Source: Longimicrobiales bacterium (lineage in GTDB: Bacteria > Gemmatimonadota > Gemmatimonadetes > Longimicrobiales > Gaopeijiaceae). From it: 64,000 nucleotides of DNA. Under the pieces are notes generated by a model. The model was not told the origin of the DNA. It saw only the letters and a list, made by a program, of their open reading frames with translations, and ran no database searches. The stretch lies in contig CBDCNQ010000004.1 in NCBI GenBank assembly GCA_965219445.1, positions 1,024,001 to 1,088,000 of the forward strand, written 5' to 3'. Made by a program: the position numbers and the translations under genes. Shown here one piece after another: positions 1-10,447 of this stretch. Every line of letters starts with the position of its first letter. The first letter of the stretch is position 1.

Positions 1-1395
1 ATGCAGTTTCGGACCGACCCTCGGTGGTCTTCGCTTACACGATCAAGGGCTGGCGCTTACCGATCGAGGGGCATCCCGGGAACCACTCCGCGCTACTGAC
101 CCAGGATCAATGGGAACAGCTTTCCATCGAACTCGGCGTCGATGCCGCGGACCCCTGGGCGATGTTCGATCCCGAATCGGACGAAGGTCGACTCTGCCAC
201 GGCGTGGCGAGGCTGCTGGAACGTGATCCGGTTCCACCCAGCACTGTGCCAGATATCCCCACAGAGCTCGGGCGGAGTCATACGGCAACGGCTTCCACTC
301 AAGGTGCCTTCGGCCGCTTCCTCAACGACCTGAGTCGGGAAGTCCCCCAGGTCGCCCGGCATGTCGTCACGGTGAGCCCCGATGTGGCATCGTCGACCAA
401 TTTTGGGGGGCTGGATCAACCGCGTCGGGATTTGGAACATGCGCGAACGGCGTGACTGGTTTGCAGACGACTCCGGGACCTTGGTACATTGGCGGGAGGG
501 AGAACAAGGTCAGCACATCGAGCTCGGGATCGCGGAGGGGAATCTCGTCGGGCTTCTGGGTGAGCTGGGCTTGACCTGGGTGAGAGACGGTCAGCCGCTG
601 CTGCCGATCGGAACGTTGTACGACCCGTTCGTGAATCGAGCTTTGGAGCCCTGGTCGTTTGGAATCTATGCGGGAGGACAGTCGATTCTGGTGGGCACGC
701 CGTCCGGAGTGACGCTCGCTCCCGAGGGGGGCGCCCACCAGTCGATCATCACCCCTTCGGTCGGCCTTGAGCAGCCAGGATGCGTGGCCTGGGAACCTGC
801 ATTCGGGCAAGACCTAGAGTGGAGCCTGCTGCATGCGCTTTCGGAGCTTGGGCGTCCGAGTGGCACGTCAGCGTACTTCAGGCTCTCGACTCGTCCGATC
901 GATCAGCGCCTCGCTCAGCTCCCCGAAGACGAGGGACTCAGGGAGGCTCGCCGCAGAGCGGTGTTGGCCGGGGGCTATAGGCTTCGGGCCGCGGCAAGAG
1001 GTCCGGATGTCACGTTGGTCGGGGTCGGTGCCATCATGCCCGATGTATGCGGAGCCGCTGATGAGCTCGAGCAGTCGGGACTGGCCGTGGATGTCCTCTG
1101 CCTGTCGTCGCCGGATCTCATATTCCGGGCCCTTCAGGCGAGACAGGGGCTTGCGACGGGCGGGTACGGAGTGCTCGACGAGCTCTTCCCGCCGGACAGG
1201 ACCGCTCCTCTCGTGACCGTGCTCGACGGCCACCCACACACTCTGACGTTCCTGAGTGCGATACGTGCGGTCCCGGTTGCCTCACTGGGAGTGAGTGATT
1301 TCGGACAGTCCGGTGACATTCAGGATCTATATCGACACTTCGGCATCGACGCCGACACGATCGTCGGCGCTGCTTTCGACGTCATCCAGGGTTGA
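1..1395 (+). CDS. Transketolase / pyruvate dehydrogenase E1-like protein, C-terminal part. It starts before the window and has an apparent +1 frameshift at about 401-411.
   Basis: Motifs AYTIKG, VSPDVASSTN..GGWIN, HIELGIAEGN, GTLYDPF, EGGAHQS and FGQSG. ORFs 24..455 and 382..1395 join at the homopolymer TTTTGGGGGG. Confidence 0.75.
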
Positions 1396-1446
1396 GGAGG
1401 GTTGCCGTCTAGCCCCTCACCCACCGGGCCTTCGCGCCGGCACCTC

Positions 1447-1538
1447 TGGGTCGGGATGTTCGGATCCGCACCGTAGGCCGTCAGAATGCGCATGGCCGGG
1501 ACGTCGGTGGCGTAGGCGGCCCTCCAGAAAGGCGTCGC
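1447..1538 (-). pseudogene. Short relic of an ankyrin-repeat gene paralogous to 6485..8278
   Basis: Translates ATPFWRAAYATDVPAMRILTAYGADPNIPT, versus ATPFWRAAYALDIDAMKLLVAYGADPDVPT in the intact ankyrin protein. Confidence 0.7.
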
Positions 1539-1579
1539 CTGTCGGGAAGCCCTCTCGGAGCGCGGCCCACTCACCGGCG

Positions 1580-2368
1580 CTAATGCGACATCAACTCCCT
1601 GATCTGACGAAGCCCGGCGTCCACCTTCATCTGGATGCCCACGCGGCCGTATGCGACCGACGCCTTCGTCGGGTCGCCGGTAACGCCGGCCCCCTCGAAG
1701 CCGCCGGACGGCGCCAGTTTCTCCGTGCGGATGTGCTTCGCCTTCACGTACAGCAGTTGTGAGGTGTCGGGCATTCCGGCGTGGCGGCCGATGTCCTCCG
1801 ACGTGTGGCCTTGCTCCAGTAGCCACTCAGGAAAGCCATGACCAGAGTAGTAGTCACCGGCGAAGTGGACGCGGGCCTCGCGCTCCGACCATTCCTCGTT
1901 CAGCATCGCCGCGACGGTCTCCATCCCGTTCTGGTTCCCACCGCTGTCGCCGATGAAGACGACGTCGGTGAAGCCGCCGGCCGCGAGGCTCCGTGCGGTA
2001 TACTCGAGCAATTTCATGTAGTGCTCGTTGGGGAGCGTGATGGTTCCGGCGCGCTGCCGGTTCCCCTCCGTTTGTTCGACAGTTCCCTCGGGCACGTACG
2101 TCACGATCGGCGCAACGAGCGCGTTTCCGAGCGCCCGCGCGATCCGTTCAGCGGTCTCAGTCACGATGAATTTGTGCTTACCCAGCACCATGTGTGGACC
2201 GTTCTGCTCGGTCCCAGCCGTCGCGACGATGATCGTAGTGGTCCCGGCGTCGATCTTGTCGGCCACCTCCATCCAGGTCAGCTCATCGAGGAAGACGGTG
2301 TTGGGGGTCTGGGCGGAGGCGGGTGCTGCCAGGAGGAGGGCAGCGAGCGAGAGAGTGAGCGTCTTCAT
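1580..2368 (-). CDS. Creatininase family protein with signal peptide
   Basis: Start MKTLTLSLAALLLAAPASAQ; motifs ELTW, GTEQNGPH, GDSGGN and HAGMPDTS. Confidence 0.85.
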   Translation of the reverse strand: MKTLTLSLAALLLAAPASAQTPNTVFLDELTWMEVADKIDAGTTTIIVATAGTEQNGPHMVLGKHKFIVTETAERIARALGNALVAPIVTYVPEGTVEQTEGNRQRAGTITLPNEHYMKLLEYTARSLAAGGFTDVVFIGDSGGNQNGMETVAAMLNEEWSEREARVHFAGDYYSGHGFPEWLLEQGHTSEDIGRHAGMPDTSQLLYVKAKHIRTEKLAPSGGFEGAGVTGDPTKASVAYGRVGIQMKVDAGLRQIRELMSH

Positions 2369-2532
2369 GGGAGCCTCCGCGTGATGCAGTCTGTGCCAGT
2401 AGGAGCGGATGGTCCAAGCTAAGCTGGTCAGACGACCTCTGCCACTGTACTGTGTTAGAGAGACTTCGGCGGGTCGGCACACACTTGTGTCTGCTGCGAG
2501 CACGATCACACCGGCGCGGATTCTAGGCACGG

Positions 2533-5061
2533 ATGAACTACGTTGTCTCGGCTATGTTGGTCGCGGGCCTCCTCATGGTCACGCTGGCCCCCGGCACGGG
2601 TCAGGGGGGCGGCAGCGGAGCGCCCGGAAGTGGCGCGACGCTCTGGGCCCCGGCGGCGCCCCTAGCTGGGTCCCCGGCGGGCTCGCTGGTAGGGCCCTCG
2701 AGCGCGACTCTGGTGGTTCCCTCCAGCGCGACTTCCGACGACATCGTGCAGCAGTACTGCGTGCGCTGCCACAACGACCGCATGCTCCGTGGCAACCTCT
2801 CGCTCGAGGACTTCACACTGGACGCGGCGGAAGAAACCGGTGACGTCGCGGAGAGTATGATCCGGAAGCTGCGTGCAGACATGATGCCGCCGCCGGGTGA
2901 GCGGCGGCCGTCGGGTGACTCGTTGCTCGTTCTCGTGGAGTCCCTCGAAGCGCACATGGACGAAGCAGCGGCCGCGAACCCGAATCCCGGCGGGCGAACG
3001 TTCCAGCGCCTCAACCGCGCCGAATACGAACGTTCCATCTACGACGTGCTCGGTCTACAGGTCGATGCCGGCGACTATCTTCCGCTCGACACCAAGAGCG
3101 CCAACTTCGACAACATCGCCGACGTGCAGATGGCGTCGCCGACGTTGCTCGACGCATACGTCAACGCCGCGGTGGAAATCAGTCGCCTAGCGGTCGGAAA
3201 CGCGGACGCGACCGCAAGCGAGACACAGTACCGGATTCCACGCTGGATGTCCCAGACCGAACGCGTCGACGGCGCGCCGTTCGGCACCCGGGGCGGTACA
3301 TCCGTCGTGCACAACTTCCCCGCCGACGGTGAGTACGTCTTCCGGGTCTCGTTCCACCACGAGACCGACGGTGAGGTCGTCGGCAATGGGCGTTCCGCTC
3401 TCCAGACCGCCGACGCGTGGGAAGAGATCGAGATCTCGATCGATGGTGAACGGGTCGCGCTGCTCGAGATGGACCGATGGATGCACGTCTCCGACCCGGG
3501 TGGCGCCGAGATGAAGACGGAGCCCATCTTGGTGGCGGGAGGCGCACGGCGGGTGACGGCCGCGTTCATCAAGCGCGCGGACGGGCCCGTACAGGACCTG
3601 ATTTCACCCCACGACTGGTCGCTTGCCAGCACCGCGGTCGCGGGAAGGTACGGCGTGAATCAGCTACCGCACATGCGCGATCTGGTGATCAGAGGACCGG
3701 TCACGACGGTCGGTGTCTCCGACACGCCGGTTCGGAAGGGGATCTTCACGTGCACGCCAGCCTCGCCGAGTGAGGCGCGTCCCTGCGCGGACCAGATCAT
3801 CTCGAGGCTGGGCGAGCAGGCGTTCCGCCGTCCGCTCAGCGAAAACGACCGGGCAGGGCTGATGTCGTTCTATGACGACGGGGCGGCGGACGGTGATTTC
3901 GAGCTCGGAGTGCGCACGGCGCTCGAAGCGATGCTCGCGAGCCCGCGCTTCGTCTTCCGCTTCGAGCAGCCTCCCGGAGACATCGCCACAGGACAGGTGT
4001 ACCGCATCAGCGGATTCGCACTGGCGTCGCGCCTGTCGTACTTCCTGTGGGCCGCACCTCCGGACGCCGAGTTGCGGCAGCTGGCCTCGAACGGATCTCT
4101 CTTGGACGATCGCGTCCTCGAAATGCAGGTTCTACGCATGCTTGCCGACGCGAAGGCCGACGCGCTCGGGCCGCGCTTCGCCGGCCAGTGGCTCCGCCTC
4201 CAGGACCTCGACAGGGTACACCCGGACGTGCGCCTGCAGCCGGACTTTCATCAGCAGCTCGCGGACGCCATGCGGCATGAGACCGAGCTCTTCTTCAATA
4301 GCTTGGTGCGAGACGATCGCAGCGTGCTCGACCTGTACGCTGCGGACTACACCTTCGTGAACGAGCGCTTGGCCAAGCACTACGGGATCGCCGGCGTCAG
4401 TGGCGAGGAGTTCCGGCGGGTCACGTACTCCGACGACACGCGACGGGGTGTGTTGGGGCACGCCAGCATCCTCACGTTGACCTCCCACGCCGGGCGCACG
4501 TCTCCGGTGTTGAGGGGGAAGTGGGTGATGGAGGTACTCTTGGGTAGTCCGCCACCCCCCCCTCCCCCAGGTGTTCCGGATCTCGAAGAGGTCGAGGACG
4601 TTGCCGATGGTCGGATGCTCACGACCCGCGAGCGCATGGAACAGCACCGCGCAAACCCGACGTGCAATTCCTGCCATCGCGTCATAGATCCCATCGGCCT
4701 CGCGCTCGACAACTTCGGAGTCACGGGCAAGTGGCGGACCCGCGAGAGCGGCAACCCACTGGATACGCGCGGAGAGCTATACGACGGGACGCCCATTGCG
4801 GGCCCAGCCGACCTGCGACGGGCCCTGCTGAACCGTCCGATCCCGCTCATTCGGACCTTCACGGAGAACCTTCTCGCCTACGCGCTAGGGCGCCGAGTCG
4901 AACACTTCGATCAGCCCACGGTACGTGCGATCGCTCGGGCCGCAGAAGCGGACGGGTATCGGATGTCGGCGTTCATCCTGGGCGTAGTGAAGAGCGATGC
5001 CTTCCGGATGCAAAACGCCAACGCAGTCGCGCAGCAGCGCGCACAGGACCAGCAGCCATGA
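2533..5061 (+). CDS. DUF1592/DUF1588/DUF1587/DUF1585-type (PSD) protein with c-type heme motifs
   Basis: CVRCH and CNSCH; RLNRAEY, LASRLSYFLW, RFAGQWL and RTSPVLRGKWV motifs; upstream of a DUF1552 gene. Confidence 0.85.
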   Translation: MNYVVSAMLVAGLLMVTLAPGTGQGGGSGAPGSGATLWAPAAPLAGSPAGSLVGPSSATLVVPSSATSDDIVQQYCVRCHNDRMLRGNLSLEDFTLDAAEETGDVAESMIRKLRADMMPPPGERRPSGDSLLVLVESLEAHMDEAAAANPNPGGRTFQRLNRAEYERSIYDVLGLQVDAGDYLPLDTKSANFDNIADVQMASPTLLDAYVNAAVEISRLAVGNADATASETQYRIPRWMSQTERVDGAPFGTRGGTSVVHNFPADGEYVFRVSFHHETDGEVVGNGRSALQTADAWEEIEISIDGERVALLEMDRWMHVSDPGGAEMKTEPILVAGGARRVTAAFIKRADGPVQDLISPHDWSLASTAVAGRYGVNQLPHMRDLVIRGPVTTVGVSDTPVRKGIFTCTPASPSEARPCADQIISRLGEQAFRRPLSENDRAGLMSFYDDGAADGDFELGVRTALEAMLASPRFVFRFEQPPGDIATGQVYRISGFALASRLSYFLWAAPPDAELRQLASNGSLLDDRVLEMQVLRMLADAKADALGPRFAGQWLRLQDLDRVHPDVRLQPDFHQQLADAMRHETELFFNSLVRDDRSVLDLYAADYTFVNERLAKHYGIAGVSGEEFRRVTYSDDTRRGVLGHASILTLTSHAGRTSPVLRGKWVMEVLLGSPPPPPPPGVPDLEEVEDVADGRMLTTRERMEQHRANPTCNSCHRVIDPIGLALDNFGVTGKWRTRESGNPLDTRGELYDGTPIAGPADLRRALLNRPIPLIRTFTENLLAYALGRRVEHFDQPTVRAIARAAEADGYRMSAFILGVVKSDAFRMQNANAVAQQRAQDQQP

Positions 5062-5082
5062 ACTCGAAGGGAGACGGATAAC

Positions 5083-6477
5083 ATGCGATTCATCACCGGA
5101 AAGCAGATTCCCCGGCGCACGTTCCTTCGGGGCGCGAGCGCGTCGGTAGCGTTGCCGTTCCTCGACGCGATGGTGCCGGCCGGGCGGGTGTGGTCCAGGG
5201 CGCCGCGCGTGGACGACCCGACCCGTCTGATCGCGATCGAAATCGTGCACGGCGCGGCGGGCTGCAACAAGTGGGGCGCCACGCAAAACCTGTGGTCGCC
5301 GGCCGCGGCGGGGCGGGAATTCGATCTCTCCCCGACTGCGCTGCTGCCGCTGGAGCCGTACCGGGACTACTTGACGATCATCAGCAATACCGATGTAGGA
5401 AACGCTGAGGCGGCACAGGCCGAGGAGATCGGGGGCGATCACTTTCGGTCCAGCGCGGTCTACCTGACCCAGTCGCACCCGAAGCAGACCGAGAGCTCGG
5501 ACGTCTCCGTCGGCACCTCGTTAGACCAGATCTACGCCCAGCGTTTTGGGCAGAACACACCGATCCCGTCCATGCAGCTGTGCATAGAGAACGTCGATCA
5601 AGCGGGTGGCTGCGCGTATGGCTACGCGTGCGTCTACACCGACACGATCAGCTGGGCCTCGCCCACGGAGCCGCTCCCGATGATTCGCGACCCCCGGGTT
5701 GCGTTCGATCAGCTTTTCGGGGCCGGCGGGAGCGCGGAAGAGCGCGCCGCACGTAGGCAGACGAGCCAGAGCATCCTCGACTGGATCGCCGAAGACCTCT
5801 CGGCGCTCAAACGGTCACTCGGACCGAATGACACGGTGCGCCTCGATCGGTATCTCGACAACATCCGGGAGCTCGAGCGACGTATTCAGAGTGTCGAGGC
5901 CCGGAACCAAACGGGGGAGGCTCGCGAGCTGCCGGGGGCTCCGGCAGGTGTGCCGGACTCCTTCAGCGAGCACGTGAAGCTGATGTTCGACCTGCAGGCG
6001 CTCGCGTTCGCCTCCGACATGACGCGTGTGTTCTCGTTGAAGCTGGGGCGCGACGCGTCGTCGCGCGTCTATCCGGAGAGCGGGACGGAAACTCCGTTCC
6101 ACCCCGCGTCGCACCATGGTGGCCAGGAGGACCGGGTGCTCAACTTCGCCCAAATTAACAAGTACCACGTCAGCCTGCTGCCATACCTCATGGACCGGCT
6201 GAGGGAGATCCAGGAAGGCGATACCCACCTACTGGACAAGACGATGATCCTGTATGGCTCCCCGATGGCCGACCCCAACCTGCACAATCACCGCCGCTGT
6301 CCGTTGATCGTGCTCGGCGGCGCGAATGGGCAACTCGAGGGGAACCTGCACGTGAAGGCTGCCGATGGAACACCGATGGCCAACGCGATGCTCACCCTGA
6401 TGCACAAGCTGGGGCTCGAGGACGTGACCGGGTTCGGAGACAACACCGGGGCGCTCGCGCTCTCGGCGTCGGGATGA
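5083..6477 (+). CDS. DUF1552 domain protein with Tat-like N-terminus
   Basis: PRRTFLRG...LPFLDAM N-terminus; SLDQ, TISW, IRELERRI and ASHH motifs; typical partner of DUF1592 genes. Confidence 0.85.
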   Translation: MRFITGKQIPRRTFLRGASASVALPFLDAMVPAGRVWSRAPRVDDPTRLIAIEIVHGAAGCNKWGATQNLWSPAAAGREFDLSPTALLPLEPYRDYLTIISNTDVGNAEAAQAEEIGGDHFRSSAVYLTQSHPKQTESSDVSVGTSLDQIYAQRFGQNTPIPSMQLCIENVDQAGGCAYGYACVYTDTISWASPTEPLPMIRDPRVAFDQLFGAGGSAEERAARRQTSQSILDWIAEDLSALKRSLGPNDTVRLDRYLDNIRELERRIQSVEARNQTGEARELPGAPAGVPDSFSEHVKLMFDLQALAFASDMTRVFSLKLGRDASSRVYPESGTETPFHPASHHGGQEDRVLNFAQINKYHVSLLPYLMDRLREIQEGDTHLLDKTMILYGSPMADPNLHNHRRCPLIVLGGANGQLEGNLHVKAADGTPMANAMLTLMHKLGLEDVTGFGDNTGALALSASG

Positions 6478-6484
6478 GGGGCCG

Positions 6485-8278
6485 ATGATGCATCAGGCAC
6501 AGTGCGGTAGGCGATCTCACTACAAGGTTTTAGGCGTGTCGGTATGTGCGCTTCTGACCTGGGCCGCGGCCCCGCCCGATGCACCGGTCGCTGAAGCCGC
6601 GATGAGGGGGGACGCAGCCGAGGTTCGCGCCTTGATCGAGGCGGGCGCGGACGTGAATGCGGCGCTCGGAGACGGCATGACCGCACTGCACTGGTCCGCC
6701 GAGCGCGGAGACAGCGATGTCGCCTCACTGTTGCTGTCGGCCGGCGCTCAGGTGGAGTCGACCACCCGCCTCGGCGCGTACCGTCCGCTGCATCTCGCCG
6801 CCAAGGGCGGTCACACGTCAGTCGTCCGCGAGCTCCTGCAGGCCGGCGCCTTTCCCAGTCCGGGCACCACGACCGGTGTCGTCACGCCACTCCACTTGGC
6901 AGCTGCGTCCGGAAGCGGCTCCTCGGTGGCCGTGCTGATCGAGTACGGTGCCGACGTGGATCGGGGCGAGACGGCCTGGGGGCAAACCCCGCTGATGTTC
7001 GCCGCGGCCGCGGGCCGGGTCCAAGCGATCCGTGCGTTGCTGGACGGTGGCGCCGACGCCGACTTGAGGGCCCACGTGCTCGACATGCCAACAAGGGACG
7101 CCGACGACGGGGAAGACCAGGCCGAGCGGCGGGAGCGAATGAGGGCTCCAGAGCGTGATGAGCCCCCGACACCGCAGGCGAACGCTACCGAGCGCTCGGG
7201 ACAAGCGCCGGCCGCGGGGAGCGCTCCTGCCGGGGGCGTCGATGTCAACGAAGCCCAGCGGGATCCCGTGCCGCAACCGCTGTCGCACGCGCAGCTCATG
7301 GGTGGGTACGGTGGTCTGAGTGCGCTCCTATTGGCGGTTCGAGAGGGGTATTCCGGAGCCGCGATGGCGTTGCTCGAGGGCGGAGCCGACATCGATCGGG
7401 TGAGCGCCGGGGACCACACGAGTCCGCTCGTGATGGCGATCCTCAACGGCCACTTCGACTTGGCCATGGAGCTCTTCGAGCAGGGCGCCGATCCCAGGAT
7501 CGCGAGTGACGCGGGCGCGACACCTCTGTACGTCGCGCTCAACACACACTGGATCCCGAAGTCCAGGCACCCCCAGCCTACAGACCGGCTGCAGCAGGAT
7601 GTCACTTACCTCGACCTGATGCTGGCCTTCCTGGAAGCCGGGGTAGACCCCAACGTGCAACTCACAAAGCAGCTCTGGTTCACGACGTTCGGGGACGACT
7701 ACCTGAGGGTCGACCGTACGGGTGCGACGCCGTTTTGGCGCGCGGCGTACGCTCTGGACATCGACGCCATGAAGCTTCTGGTCGCGTACGGTGCCGATCC
7801 GGACGTGCCGACCGTGAAGACGCCCGAACGCCGTTTCGGCAGGGGAGCGGGCCAGGGCGGGACTGATGAAGATGCGTCCGGGCTGCCCCCCGTTCCGATC
7901 GGCGGCCCGGGCGCGTGGCCGATCCATGCGGCGTCGGGCGTCGGGTACGGAGAGGGCTACGCGGCAAACATCCACCGTCATGCGCCGAATGGCTGGCTTC
8001 CCGCCGTGAAGTACCTCGTCGAGGAGTTCGATGCGGATGTGAACGCACGGGATCTGAACGGATACACACCGCTGCACCATGCCGCGGCGCGCGGAGACGA
8101 TCAGCTGATCCGCTACCTCGTCGAACGAGGTGCGGACGTTAGCGTGGTGAGTCGGAAGGGTCAGACCACGGTGGACATGGCAAACGGTCCGGTGCAGCGC
8201 ATCACACCATTCCCCTCGACCATCGCCTTGCTCGAGGGGCTCGGCGCGAAGAACAACCACAATTGCGTGGGCTGCTAG
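6485..8278 (+). CDS. Secreted ankyrin-repeat protein
   Basis: Multiple GxTALH/TPLH/TPL ankyrin repeats with GADVN turns. Confidence 0.9.
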   Translation: MMHQAQCGRRSHYKVLGVSVCALLTWAAAPPDAPVAEAAMRGDAAEVRALIEAGADVNAALGDGMTALHWSAERGDSDVASLLLSAGAQVESTTRLGAYRPLHLAAKGGHTSVVRELLQAGAFPSPGTTTGVVTPLHLAAASGSGSSVAVLIEYGADVDRGETAWGQTPLMFAAAAGRVQAIRALLDGGADADLRAHVLDMPTRDADDGEDQAERRERMRAPERDEPPTPQANATERSGQAPAAGSAPAGGVDVNEAQRDPVPQPLSHAQLMGGYGGLSALLLAVREGYSGAAMALLEGGADIDRVSAGDHTSPLVMAILNGHFDLAMELFEQGADPRIASDAGATPLYVALNTHWIPKSRHPQPTDRLQQDVTYLDLMLAFLEAGVDPNVQLTKQLWFTTFGDDYLRVDRTGATPFWRAAYALDIDAMKLLVAYGADPDVPTVKTPERRFGRGAGQGGTDEDASGLPPVPIGGPGAWPIHAASGVGYGEGYAANIHRHAPNGWLPAVKYLVEEFDADVNARDLNGYTPLHHAAARGDDQLIRYLVERGADVSVVSRKGQTTVDMANGPVQRITPFPSTIALLEGLGAKNNHNCVGC

Positions 8279-8512
8279 GGAGCTCCCAGCTATCTGAAGC
8301 CCAAAGCCTCCCAGGAATCCGAGGCCGCATCGCCTGCTCATGTAAGGGGTCTTGGGAGCCCGGTCGGCCCGTCCATATGCTCTCAGTGCCGATTTGGCCC
8401 GTCGAGCTGGCCATTTTGTTCATCTCAGATCCACCCAGTCCGCCTACCTAGGGACTCCCGGCCAGTGAGCCGGGTGGGTCTCGAGGAACCGCGAGTGTCA
8501 CCGCGCGATTAG

Positions 8513-8941
8513 ATGGATATGAGAACTAGACCCAGTGTCATCCTGATCAGGGAATGGGAGGAGCAACTGTCGGGCAGCGGTTGCTGTGGACGAGTGGAAG
8601 GCGACTTCCTGACACGCGAAGGAGAGCCCGCCTTTCGGGAGCGTCGGGCGTGCATGGAGGCGATGGCGCCCTTGTCCCGGAGGTTGAGAGAGAGATTCGG
8701 CGACGGGATCGAGCTTCAGGTCCTGGATCCGCGGAATCCGGCCTTGATATTCCTCCTGATCAGGGACTTCTGGGCCTTTCGCGTGGGGCTTGTTGAAGCC
8801 CTGAAGACGACCGGGAGGCTCCCGATCCAGGCCGTGGTCGTGAACGGTCGGCTGGTATCACGAGGGGAGTGGCCGGATCCGCTGGAGGTGGTTCAGATTC
8901 TCGAGGAGGCGATCTCCGCGGGCGCCCTCCAACCCGCCTGA
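8513..8941 (+). CDS. Hypothetical protein with a GSGCCGR motif, possibly thioredoxin-like
   Basis: 142-aa ORF with plausible composition; ends in AVVVNGRLVSRGEWP, reminiscent of thioredoxin-fold C-termini. Confidence 0.55.
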   Translation: MDMRTRPSVILIREWEEQLSGSGCCGRVEGDFLTREGEPAFRERRACMEAMAPLSRRLRERFGDGIELQVLDPRNPALIFLLIRDFWAFRVGLVEALKTTGRLPIQAVVVNGRLVSRGEWPDPLEVVQILEEAISAGALQPA

Positions 8942-8987
8942 GACACGTCTTCGTGGAAGGCGTGGTGAATCGTCGGCTAGCTTGCGG

Positions 8988-9015
8988 TCGAACCCCGAAC
9001 CTACAGACTAAGAGT
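8988..9015 (-). other. Degenerate tRNA-Lys 3' fragment (old att site)
   Basis: 26/28 identical to 18262-18289 and in the same orientation. Confidence 0.55.
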
Positions 9016-9208
9016 TTGGTGGCAGTATATACGCAGAGCGCCCTTGAGGTCGCCTAAGTTACTGCGAGTTAGGGCGTTAGGGGGTCGGTTGTTATCTCGA
9101 GTGCCGCTGAGATTCGGTCCGTTTCGGGGAATTTGGGGTCCCGGTTGGGGTCCCAAGACCGTCTCAAGCGATCAGTGTCGGCCCACTCGACCGCATCAGG
9201 CCTGGCGC

Positions 9209-9237
9209 TTGACACAGTAGGGTCCGGGTGGGATGAT
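9209..9237 (+). promoter_or_regulatory. Putative sigma70 promoter
   Basis: TTGACA-17 nt-GATGAT upstream of the second creatininase gene. Confidence 0.4.
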
Positions 9238-9387
9238 CTCATGGTGGTCCATCTCGACCCATTGCCCGATGGAATCGGGTGGTGGCACCCAGGAGGAATC
9301 TCATGGAGCCGCGATCGACCGGCGGCCCCTGTACAGATCAACTCATTCATCCACCACACTGCCCGTTGCCCTGCGAAGGAGCGTTTC

Positions 9388-10227
9388 ATGAGACTATCGT
9401 CAAGCGTCGCGCTTGCTCTGCTGCTCAGCCTCGGACCGGCGACAGCGGCGGCGCAGGCGCGCCGCATCGATGTGAGCGAGATGCCGCGGCCGATCGAAGC
9501 CGCGGATAATGTGTGGATCGAAGAGCTCACGATGCTGGAGGTCCGGGATGCGCTCCGGGGGGGAAGGACCACCGCCTTGATCTTAACCGGCGGGATCGAG
9601 GAGAATGGTCCCTACTCGACGACAGGGAAGCACAATCATGTTCTCCGAGTGATGGGCGAAGCCATCGCCCGTCAGCTGGGTGACGCCCTCGTCGCCCCCA
9701 TCGTCACGTTGGAACCCGGCGATCCGGAGAATGCCCGTTCTCCCGGAACTGTATTCCTGTCCCGGGGAACGTACGTGGGAGTGCTCCGCGACATGGCGAT
9801 CAGCCTGAAGGCTCAGGGGTTCCGCCACATCGCCTTGATGGGCGACAGCGGCGGTAACCAGGCTCCCATGCGCGAAGTAGCGGAGGCGCTGAGTAACGAG
9901 TGGCGGGGTGAACCCACAAGAATCCACTTCATCCCGGAGTACTACAACTACGACGACGTGTTGACCTATCAGAGCGAGGTGCTCGGGGTGGACGAGGACC
10001 CCTACTTAGACGGTCTTCATGACCACTACTACATTACCTCGATAGTGATGAACGCCGATCCGAGGCACGCTCGCCTGGAGCAGCGGATCACGGCGCAAGA
10101 GGCCTCGATCAACGGTTTCAGCATCGTGCCGGTCGAGAAGACCATCGCGCATGGCCGGAAGCTGATCGATTTCCGCACCGACGCCACGGTTACTGCGATC
10201 CGGGATGCCATCACAGAAGCCAGATAG
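9388..10227 (+). CDS. Creatininase family protein with signal peptide (second copy)
   Basis: AAGGAG RBS before MRLSSSVALALL; motifs EELT, GGIEENGPY, GKHN and GDSGGNQ. Confidence 0.85.
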   Translation: MRLSSSVALALLLSLGPATAAAQARRIDVSEMPRPIEAADNVWIEELTMLEVRDALRGGRTTALILTGGIEENGPYSTTGKHNHVLRVMGEAIARQLGDALVAPIVTLEPGDPENARSPGTVFLSRGTYVGVLRDMAISLKAQGFRHIALMGDSGGNQAPMREVAEALSNEWRGEPTRIHFIPEYYNYDDVLTYQSEVLGVDEDPYLDGLHDHYYITSIVMNADPRHARLEQRITAQEASINGFSIVPVEKTIAHGRKLIDFRTDATVTAIRDAITEAR

Positions 10228-10447
10228 ACCCCGGACGGGGAGAGCCGTCGGAGTGACTATCGACCCTCTATGGTTGAGCTGACCCACTGAAAGGGGCGAG
10301 GTCGCGGGTGGGGATCCGATGGTCCCCTTTTCCCCCGTCCAGACACCCGGAGTTCCCCTAGGATCCGCTGAGTCCCCACCAGGCAACCCGAGTTTTTGGG
10401 GTCCGACTTGGGGTACCAAAGCCACCTTTTCGCCCCTACCCCACCGA

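Noticed and set aside
1320..1826. 168-aa minus-strand ORF as an ankyrin gene
   Set aside because: Only about 30 codons are ankyrin-like; the rest overlaps neighbouring genes off-frame.
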